Shown in pieces: positions 57,266 through 64,000 of a stretch of DNA of 64,000 nucleotides. Position numbers and translations under genes: made by a program. The notes under the pieces were generated by a model. It was not told the origin of the DNA and ran no database searches. It saw only the letters and a program-made list of their open reading frames with translations. How positions within the stretch are numbered: the stretch's first letter is position 1; every line of letters begins with the position of its first letter. This stretch comes from Salinarimonadaceae bacterium (lineage in GTDB: Bacteria; Pseudomonadota; Alphaproteobacteria; Rhizobiales; Beijerinckiaceae), in assembly GCA_050485405.1 (NCBI GenBank), contig JBJHBI010000011.1, positions 16,112-80,111 of the forward strand, in the 5' to 3' direction.

Positions 57266-58021
57266 ATGACCTATTCCATCGTCGCCCTGTGCCCCGAAAC
57301 CGGCCATCGCGGCATCGCGGTAGCGAGCCGCTTCTTCGCCGCCGGCGCGATTGTTCCCTATATCCGCGGAGGGCGGGCGGCGGTTGCGAGCCAGGCCTTC
57401 ATCAATCCGCTCTGGGGCATGGAGGCTTGCGAGCGTTGTGCGACGGGAGAGCCGGGCGAGGAGGTTCTCGCCGATCTCATCGCGCGCGACGGCGGCTCGG
57501 ATCACCGGCAGATCCATCTGATCGACGCGCATGGCACCATTGCCGCCCATACCGGCGCATCATGCGTCGACTGGGCCGGCCATGTGAGCGCGCCCGGCGT
57601 TTCCGTCGCCGGCAACATGCTTGCCGGGCCGCAGGTGGTGCAGGCGACGCTCGATGCCTTCCTCGCCGCGACCGGGCCGCTCGCGGAGCGCATGATGACG
57701 GCGATGGAGGCGGGGGAGGCCGCCGGCGGCGACAAGCGCGGGACGCAATCGGCGGCTCTGCGCATGCATCGCAGCGAGGATTATCCCTGGTTCGACCTGC
57801 GCGCCGACGACCATCTGGATCCTCTCGCCGAGATCCGCCGGCTCTACGCCGTCGCGCATGAGCGCTTCATCCATTTCGCGGAATCCATGGGCACCCGCGC
57901 AAATTTCGAAGGCGCAATCGACCGCGCCCCGATGGATCGCGCCATCGCGGAAGCGGAAGCCGCCCGCATCGCCCGAGGCGAGCCGTCGCGCTCCTTCGCA
58001 CGCGAGCGCAGCGGGGGGTGA
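57266..58021 (+). CDS. DUF1028-family protein (Ntn-hydrolase fold)
   Basis: It begins MTYSIVALCPETGHRGIAVASRF and contains AGNML and GGDKRG. Confidence 0.8.
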   Translation: MTYSIVALCPETGHRGIAVASRFFAAGAIVPYIRGGRAAVASQAFINPLWGMEACERCATGEPGEEVLADLIARDGGSDHRQIHLIDAHGTIAAHTGASCVDWAGHVSAPGVSVAGNMLAGPQVVQATLDAFLAATGPLAERMMTAMEAGEAAGGDKRGTQSAALRMHRSEDYPWFDLRADDHLDPLAEIRRLYAVAHERFIHFAESMGTRANFEGAIDRAPMDRAIAEAEAARIARGEPSRSFARERSGG

Positions 58022-58119
58022 TCCCAGCGCCCCCGGGCCGCGGCGCCAAGGCGTCGCGACCTGCCTGATGCAATTCGCGGATTTGACGGGCGGGGATGTG
58101 GCGACCACCCCCGCAGCCG

Positions 58120-58821
58120 TCAGGTCGGAAGTTGCTGTTGCAGCGTTCTGGCAGCGCGGGTCAGGCTGTCCACGGTGCGTTCGACCTTGTCGACGCCGAG
58201 ACGCGTGATCAGCGCCGAGATCGAGAGTGCGCCGCGCAGCCGGCCGGCGCGATCGAAGACCGGGACCGAGATCGCGGCGACGTCGCGGTCGCGCTCGCCT
58301 TCCGAATGGTAATATCCGCGCTTGCGGGTCTCCTCGAATTCCGGCCCCTCCGTTCCATCGAAGGCTAGAAGGACCTTGCCGCTCGCGCCGCGATCGATGG
58401 GAAGCATCACGCCCTCATCGAGGTGATGGCGAATCGGCAGGGGAGAATTCAGGCGATAGAGGCACAGGCGCTTGTCGCCCGCGCGGACGTAGAACGCGGC
58501 GGTCTCGTTCGTCTCCGCCACGACGTCGCGCAGGACGGGGCGGACATACTCTCCGAGATCGAAGGCCTTGCGCGAGAGCGAACCGAGGCGCCACAGGCTC
58601 GGTCCGAGACGAAACCGCCCGTCTTCGTTCCGCGCGAGATAACCGAATCGCTCCAGGGACGCGGCGAGCCGCAGGATGGTGCTTTTATAGAGCCCCGTGC
58701 GCGCCGAAAGCTGCGCGAGCGTCAAAGTGGGCTCTTCTTCGTTGAACGTCTCGAGGATGGCGAGCGCACGCTCGACGGATTCGACGCGCTGCTCTCCGGT
58801 CTTGGTCGTTTCCGCTTTCAC
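58120..58821 (-). CDS. IclR-family transcriptional regulator
   Basis: It has the HTH LTLAQLSARTGLYKSTILRLAASLERFGYL and an IclR effector domain. Confidence 0.88.
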   Translation of the reverse strand: MKAETTKTGEQRVESVERALAILETFNEEEPTLTLAQLSARTGLYKSTILRLAASLERFGYLARNEDGRFRLGPSLWRLGSLSRKAFDLGEYVRPVLRDVVAETNETAAFYVRAGDKRLCLYRLNSPLPIRHHLDEGVMLPIDRGASGKVLLAFDGTEGPEFEETRKRGYYHSEGERDRDVAAISVPVFDRAGRLRGALSISALITRLGVDKVERTVDSLTRAARTLQQQLPT

Positions 58822-58871
58822 CGCCGGTTACCTCCGGACAATTCCGAGACTGAGCTTGACAGAACCATGAA

Positions 58872-58890
58872 CATTCTTTTCAATAGAATG
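58872..58890. promoter_or_regulatory. Candidate IclR operator CATTCT-N7-AGAATG
   Basis: The inverted repeat sits in the AT-richer divergent region. CAGAAC/GTTCTG repeats flank it at about 58860-58910. Confidence 0.3.
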
Positions 58891-58966
58891 CAAGTTCTGT
58901 TAGTCAGAACGTTTTCAAGCGTCACGAAGCGGAGCCAATCCGCCGATACCGGGAGAAGCCGCAAAC

Positions 58967-60166
58967 ATGGCCGAATTGCTCAAGGGCATCCGCGTGCTCG
59001 ACCTCACCAATGTCCTCGCGGGGCCCTTCTGCTGCTACCAGCTCGCGCAGATCGGGGCCGACGTGATCAAGGTCGAGCAACCCGGAACGGGCGATCTCGC
59101 CCGGCAGCTGGGCGCGGATACCGAGTTGAACGACAGGCTGATGGGGGCATCGTTTCTCGCCCAGAACGCGGGAAAGAGGTCGATCACGGTCAATCTCAAG
59201 CACCCCGAGGGCCGCGCCCTCTTCATCCGCCTCGTCGCCACCGCCGATGTGCTCGTCGAGAATTTCCGGCCCGGCGTGATGGAACGGCTGGGGCTCGGCT
59301 ACGAGACGCTCGCCGCCGAGAATCCGCGCCTCGTCTATTGCGCGATCTCGGGCTTCGGCAAGGACGGGCCGATCGCCCATTATCCGGCCTACGACCAGAT
59401 CATCCAGGGGCTCTCCGGCGTGATGAGCATTACCGGCGATGCGGAATCGGCGCCTTTGCGGGTGGGTTACCCCGTCTGCGACACGGTGGGCGGCATGACC
59501 GCCGGCTTCGCCATCCTCGCCGCGCTGATCGATCGCGGTCGCACAGGCAAGGGGCGGATGGTGGATGTGTCGATGCTCGAGGCGACGCTCGCCACGCTCG
59601 GCTGGCAGGTCTCGAACTGGTTGATCGCGGGCGTCGAGCCCGGGCCGATCGGCAACCAGAACATGACGGCGGCGCCCTCGGGCGCGTTCCGCACGGCGAC
59701 GACCCTGCTGAATATCGCGGCGAACAAGCAGGAGCAGTTCGTCACGCTCTGCGGGATCATCGAGCGTCCCGATCTCGCGACGGATCCGCGCTTTGCCGAT
59801 CGTGACGATCGCAAGCGTCATCGTGCGGCCCTGACGGAGGAGATCGAAGCCGCTCTGATGCATCGCCCCGCAGCCGAATGGTCGCGCCTTCTGAACGCGC
59901 GGGGCGTTCCGGCGGGCGAGGTGCTGAGCGTGCCCGAAGCGCTCGATCATCCCCAGATCGCCGCGCGCAACATCCGCCGGACCTTCAACGACGTGGCCGA
60001 TCGTGATGCGGTGACGGTGCTGCGCGCGGGCTTTCGTCTCAGCGACGGCGATCCGGGTCCCGAGCAGCCACCGCCGGAGCTCGGCCAGGACACCGACACA
60101 CTCCTCGCCGAACTCGGCTACGCGGAGGAAGAGCGCGCGAAACTGCGGCAGGAGGGCGCGATATGA
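58967..60166 (+). CDS. Family III CoA-transferase (CaiB/BaiF)
   Basis: It begins MAELLKGIRVLDLTNVLAGPFCCYQLAQIGADVIKVEQPGTGD. Confidence 0.88.
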   Translation: MAELLKGIRVLDLTNVLAGPFCCYQLAQIGADVIKVEQPGTGDLARQLGADTELNDRLMGASFLAQNAGKRSITVNLKHPEGRALFIRLVATADVLVENFRPGVMERLGLGYETLAAENPRLVYCAISGFGKDGPIAHYPAYDQIIQGLSGVMSITGDAESAPLRVGYPVCDTVGGMTAGFAILAALIDRGRTGKGRMVDVSMLEATLATLGWQVSNWLIAGVEPGPIGNQNMTAAPSGAFRTATTLLNIAANKQEQFVTLCGIIERPDLATDPRFADRDDRKRHRAALTEEIEAALMHRPAAEWSRLLNARGVPAGEVLSVPEALDHPQIAARNIRRTFNDVADRDAVTVLRAGFRLSDGDPGPEQPPPELGQDTDTLLAELGYAEEERAKLRQEGAI

Positions 60167-61026
60167 GCGCGAATGATCGTAATGCCAGCGAGAACTGGTG
60201 GGAGACCGGCATCATCGAGATGCAGCCCGGCATGATCCGCTATCACGGCTATGCCATCGAAGACCTGATCGGGCGGGTGAGCTTCCCGGCGATGATCTGG
60301 CTGATGCTGCGTGGCGACCTGCCGAGCGACAGGCAGGCCGAGCTCCTCGGCACGGCGCTCATGGCCGCCGTCGATCACGGCCCGCAGGCGCCCTCCATCG
60401 CCATTGCCCGCATCGCCGCGACCTGTGGCGTGGGGATCAACAACGCCATGGCCTCGGCGATCAACGTGCTCGGAGACGTGCATGGCGGCGCGGGCGAGCA
60501 ATGTGTCGGCCTGTTCGGTGCGATCGCCGCGCGCCGCGATGCGGGTGCCTCGCTGGACGAGGCCGTCGATGCCGAACTCGATGCCTTCGCGAAGGCGGGC
60601 GGGCGTTATGTTCCGGGCTACGGCCATCGTTTCCACCCTGTCGATCCGCGTGCGCCGCGCCTGCTCGAAGTGCTGCGCGAATCGGAGGGGCGCGACGGCG
60701 TCACTCCCGGCTTCGCTGATATCGCCGAGGCCGTCGCCGCGCGGGTTGCGCTGCGCAAGGGCAGGGCGATCCCGCTCAATATCGACGGCGCCACCGGAGC
60801 GATCTACGCGGCTCTCGGCTTCCCGCCGCCGGTCTGCCGGGGGTTGTTCGTGCTCTCGCGCGCCGTGGGCACTCTGGCTCATGCCTGGGAGCAGATGCAG
60901 CGGCCCGAGCGCAACAAGGGGCCGATCCCGCGCGACTATCTGTGGACCTATACGGGCCATCCGCCGCGCGACGTGCATTATGACGCGCGCCGCGACGGCG
61001 AGCCGGACGGGGAGGGCGGTGCATGA
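60163..61026 (+). CDS. Citrate-synthase-family small protein (citryl-CoA lyase-like)
   Basis: 287 aa with HGGAGE and GYGHRFH, which parallel the citrate synthase catalytic His motifs. There is an ATGA overlap with the previous gene. Confidence 0.75.
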   Translation: MSANDRNASENWWETGIIEMQPGMIRYHGYAIEDLIGRVSFPAMIWLMLRGDLPSDRQAELLGTALMAAVDHGPQAPSIAIARIAATCGVGINNAMASAINVLGDVHGGAGEQCVGLFGAIAARRDAGASLDEAVDAELDAFAKAGGRYVPGYGHRFHPVDPRAPRLLEVLRESEGRDGVTPGFADIAEAVAARVALRKGRAIPLNIDGATGAIYAALGFPPPVCRGLFVLSRAVGTLAHAWEQMQRPERNKGPIPRDYLWTYTGHPPRDVHYDARRDGEPDGEGGA

Positions 61027-62003
61027 GCCACACCGTTCTCGTGACGTCTCCGGGCCTCGATGCGAGCGCGCAATCGGCTCTGGAGAATGCCGGATACCGG
61101 GTCGTCAGTGTGCCCGAGGGCGGCGGTGTCGCGGAGCTGCGCCGGATGCTCGCGCATGAGCCCGTCGCGGGGCTGATCGCCTGGAAGCTTCCCGTCGACG
61201 CCCGGACGATCGCCTCGGCGGGACCGGCCCTTCGGGTCATTTCGCGGCACGGGGCGGGGGTCGACAATGTCGATGTGGCGGCGGCGAGCGCGCGCGGTAT
61301 CGTCGTCACCCGAGCCCCCGGTGCGAACGCGCAGGCCGTGGCCGAACTCGCCATCGGACTGATGGTCGCCGTGGCGCGGAACATTCCCGCAAACGATGCC
61401 GCAATCCGCGCAGGCCGGTGGCCCGGAACGTCCGGGCGCGAACTCGCCGGGTCGAGGCTCGGGCTCGTCGGCTTCGGCGACGTCGCCCGGCGCGTCGCAC
61501 GGATCGCGCAAGCGATCGGCATGGTGACCCGGTTCTACGATCCCGCAATCACCGAGGAGCAGGCCTGCGCCGCACGGGCGCCCTCGCTCGATGCGCTTCT
61601 CGCGGAATCGGACGTGCTCTCGCTGCATTGTCCGCTGATGCCGGCGACGCGCGGGCTGATCGACGCTGCGGCGCTCGCCCGCCTTCCGCGAGGTGCGCTC
61701 GTGATCAACACGGCGCGCGGACCGGTGATCGACGAGGCTGCGCTGATACACGCGCTCGAGGAAGGGCATGTGGCGGGTGCGGGGCTCGATGTCTTCGCCG
61801 AGGAACCGCTGCCCGCGGGGCATCCGCTGAGCAAGCTGCCGCAGGTCGTGCTCTCGCCTCACGTCGGCGGCTCGACGGGGGCGGCGCGTCGCGAGGCGGC
61901 GCGGCAGGCGGCACAGAACGTCATCGCGGTCATCGAAGGCGGGCGATTGCCGCCCGGGGCCGTCGTGAACCCGCAAGTCCTCGCAGGAGAACCCGCGTCA
62001 TGA
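61023..62003 (+). CDS. D-isomer-specific 2-hydroxyacid dehydrogenase family protein
   Basis: 326 aa with the NAD motif LGLVGFGDVARRVA and ARGPVIDEAALIHAL...AGLDVF. Confidence 0.88.
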   Translation: MSHTVLVTSPGLDASAQSALENAGYRVVSVPEGGGVAELRRMLAHEPVAGLIAWKLPVDARTIASAGPALRVISRHGAGVDNVDVAAASARGIVVTRAPGANAQAVAELAIGLMVAVARNIPANDAAIRAGRWPGTSGRELAGSRLGLVGFGDVARRVARIAQAIGMVTRFYDPAITEEQACAARAPSLDALLAESDVLSLHCPLMPATRGLIDAAALARLPRGALVINTARGPVIDEAALIHALEEGHVAGAGLDVFAEEPLPAGHPLSKLPQVVLSPHVGGSTGAARREAARQAAQNVIAVIEGGRLPPGAVVNPQVLAGEPAS

Positions 62004-62695
62004 GCGCCACGGACGGGCTCTGGCCCCCGGGCTATGCCCTCAACCCTTCCCCGCCGCGTCCCGATCCGCAACTCATCGCGGCCTTCAGGACCGTCGCCGT
62101 CGCCCATGCCGGGGACGTCATGGGGCGCAATGTCGGAACGATGGGGCTGCGCGCCTATCACGGGAACGAGCCCGCGACAATGTGCGGCCCGGCCTTCACC
62201 GTACTCACACGGCCTGGCGACAATCTGATGGTGCATCTCGCCGTCGGCCTCGCGGAGCCGGGGGACGTGATCGTGGTGGATGGCGGTGGATCGCTCAGTG
62301 CGGCCCTCGTCGGGGGCCTGATCCGCACCACGGCGATCGCCCGCGGGCTCGGCGGGATGGTGATCGACGGGGCCGTGCGCGACGTTTCGGAATGGGCCGA
62401 AGGCGGCTTTCCGATCCACGCCCTCGGCCATACCCATCGCGGTCCCGGCAAGGACGGGCCGGGCAAGACCAATGTCCCGATCACCTGCGCGGGTCTCGCG
62501 GTGGCGCCGGGCGACCTCGTGCTCGGTGACGCGGACGGGGTGATCGCAATTCCTGCCGGTGATCTGGCAGGCGTCCTCGCAGCGTGTCGCGCACTCGCGG
62601 CGCGCGAGGATCAACAACGGGCGAAGAACGCGTCCGGGGCCTTCGACCGGTCTCGTTTCGACGAGATCCTCAGAGCCAAGGGGTGTCCGGTCTGA
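62000..62695 (+). CDS. RraA-family protein (HMG/CHA aldolase / oxaloacetate decarboxylase-like)
   Basis: ATG 62000 overlaps the upstream stop. It contains GDVIVVDGGG...GGLIRTTAIARGLGGMVIDGAVRD...GDADGVIAIP. Confidence 0.82.
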   Translation: MSATDGLWPPGYALNPSPPRPDPQLIAAFRTVAVAHAGDVMGRNVGTMGLRAYHGNEPATMCGPAFTVLTRPGDNLMVHLAVGLAEPGDVIVVDGGGSLSAALVGGLIRTTAIARGLGGMVIDGAVRDVSEWAEGGFPIHALGHTHRGPGKDGPGKTNVPITCAGLAVAPGDLVLGDADGVIAIPAGDLAGVLAACRALAAREDQQRAKNASGAFDRSRFDEILRAKGCPV

Positions 62696-62731
62696 CGACC
62701 GCGAATACGAAATCTACCAGTGGAGGAAACA

Positions 62732-63706
62732 ATGAAAATCACACGTCACTTCCGTTCCGTCGGCATCGCGCTCGTCGCAGCCGTCGCGTTCCCGGCGGCG
62801 GCCGTCGCCGAGTATCCCACGCAAGGCATCGAATTTCTCGTGCCGTTCAATGCCGGTGGCGGCACCGATTTCACGGCCCGCACGTTGACCCAAAAGCTCA
62901 CCGAGATGCATGGCTGGGACTTCGTGATCGAGAACCGCGCGGGTGCGGGCGGGGCGGTCGGCCTGACTTATCTGTCGACCACCGAGCCCACCGGCTACCA
63001 CCTCGGCATGGGGCAGACGTCCAATCTCGCGATCAACCCGTCGCTGATGGATCTGGATTACGACCCGCTCACGGATTTCACGCCGATCGTGATCGTCAAC
63101 TCCCAGCCCATGGCGGTCGCCGTGCATCCGGATTCGCCCTTCGAGGATCTCGCCGCCCTGATCGAGGCGGCCCGCGCTGATCCCGGCGGCGTCACGATGG
63201 CGACGCCCGGTGCTGGTACCGTGAGCCATCTCGCGCTGGAACTTCTCGCCAACATCGCCGAAATCGAGTGGCTGCATATTCCCTATACCGGCGCCTCCGC
63301 AGCAGTGACCGACGCGATGGGCCAGCAGGTCGATTTCGTCGTCGGCAGCTTGCCGAGCATCCTTCCGCATGTGCGCAGCGGCAGTCTGCGCGGCATCGCC
63401 GTAACCTCGCTCGAACGCAATCCCGCCATGCCGGACGTGCCGACGGTGGTCGAGTTCGGCTATGATGGCTTCGAAGCGGGCGACTGGAAGGCCGTGGTCG
63501 GGCCGGCCGGCCTCTCCGCCGAGATGGTGGCGACGGTCAATGAAGCCGTGAACGCGGCGCTCGCCGATCCCGGCCTGATCGAGACCTTCGAAGCCGAAGG
63601 CTCGACGATCGTCGGCGGTTCGGCCGAGGAGTTCGAGGCCTATCTGCGCAGCGAATACGATCGCTGGGCGGAGATCGTCGAGCTCTCCGGCGCTTCGCCG
63701 AACTGA
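62732..63706 (+). CDS. tctC: Tripartite tricarboxylate transporter substrate-binding protein (Bug/TctC family)
   Basis: It has a signal peptide and then YPTQGIEFLVPFNAGGGTDFTARTL. GTG 62720 is an alternative start. Confidence 0.85.
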   Translation: MKITRHFRSVGIALVAAVAFPAAAVAEYPTQGIEFLVPFNAGGGTDFTARTLTQKLTEMHGWDFVIENRAGAGGAVGLTYLSTTEPTGYHLGMGQTSNLAINPSLMDLDYDPLTDFTPIVIVNSQPMAVAVHPDSPFEDLAALIEAARADPGGVTMATPGAGTVSHLALELLANIAEIEWLHIPYTGASAAVTDAMGQQVDFVVGSLPSILPHVRSGSLRGIAVTSLERNPAMPDVPTVVEFGYDGFEAGDWKAVVGPAGLSAEMVATVNEAVNAALADPGLIETFEAEGSTIVGGSAEEFEAYLRSEYDRWAEIVELSGASPN

Positions 63707-63710
63707 TTGC

Positions 63711-63780
63711 GATACCGGTTCCGGCCCGTTGCCGGGGCGCCGTCCGCTTCGCCGGATCGGCGCCTCGTCGGGCCGGTATC
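63711..63780 (+). promoter_or_regulatory. Nested intercistronic stem-loop between tctC and tctB
   Basis: The outer stem is GATACCGG..CCCG / CGGGCCGGTATC (with a bulge). The inner stem is GGCGCCG-N15-CGGCGCC. Confidence 0.4.
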
Positions 63781-63797
63781 GTCTCGGGGAGGAAGGG

Positions 63798-64000
63798 ATG
63801 CAGCGGCGCAATTACGCGGATGCCGTCACCGGCCTCGTGCTGGTAAGTTTCGGCCTCGCCATCGCATTTTACGTAACCGCCAATCACGATCTCGGTACCC
63901 TGCGACGCATGGGGCCCGGCATGGTGCCGATGGCACTCGGCGGGCTCCTCGTCCTGCTCGGGGCGATCCTCGCGCTCGGTGGCATGCTCCGCCCGGCTGA
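63798..64000 (+). CDS. tctB: TctB-like small membrane protein, N-terminal part (runs off the window)
   Basis: My own translation is MQRRNYADAVTGLVLVSFGLAIAFYVTANHDLGTLRRMGPGMVPMALGGLLVLLGAILALGG. A GGGAGGAAGGG SD lies upstream, and the frame stays open to the window edge. Confidence 0.6.
   Translation, partial: MQRRNYADAVTGLVLVSFGLAIAFYVTANHDLGTLRRMGPGMVPMALGGLLVLLGAILALGGMLRPA

Noticed and set aside
61418-61999. A single 425-aa ORF fusing an upstream frame to the RraA-like gene.
   Set aside because: The upstream part overlaps the 2-hydroxyacid dehydrogenase gene out of frame and is Arg-rich nonsense. ATG 62000 overlaps the dehydrogenase stop and starts the RraA-like sequence.

Overview
This is a very GC-rich 64-kb chromosomal segment. 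Most third codon positions are G/C, and many long mirror-frame ORFs are artefacts of that composition. Gene content and order look alphaproteobacterial, most like Hyphomicrobiales/Rhizobiales: DUF3572-divK-pleD, an IalB-family protein, APH-type thrB fused to rnhA by an ATGA overlap, glcDEF, and Bug/TTT transporter genes. I support about 57 protein-coding genes. They include the rpsI 3' end, prfC, an FtsH-family protease, a three-gene sensory module, glcDEF, ispH-thrB-rnhA, a large beta-oxidation cluster, ppsA, dinB, divK-pleD, a GntR-controlled peptide ABC importer with GGT and DUF1028, and an IclR-controlled CoA-transferase / citryl-CoA-lyase-like / RraA-like / TTT cluster. I found no rRNA, tRNA, CRISPR array, transposase, integrase, phage gene or recognisable defence gene. 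Most of the window is ordinary core or metabolic DNA. The parts the gene models do not explain are listed here. (1) A family of about 150-bp nested-palindrome repeats occurs twice inside the glcDEF operon, once as a sequence variant, and as a 3.3-copy tandem array of about 222-bp units at 41428-42140. (2) A hairpin-rich non-coding stretch of about 200 bp lies just upstream of that array. (3) An AT-rich island is followed by an orphan secreted Cys-rich 522-aa protein with a single CXXCH motif. (4) An operon-like trio combines an orphan YejA-like binding protein, an adenylate-forming homologue without a P-loop, and a receiver-like protein without the acceptor Asp. (5) An uncharacterised gene set could encode CoA-transferase-dependent tricarboxylate cleavage. 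All family names come from my reading of motifs in the translations, not from database searches. I cannot demonstrate that any of these is a new system. The tandem palindrome array and the neighbouring structured region are my best candidates for something undescribed.
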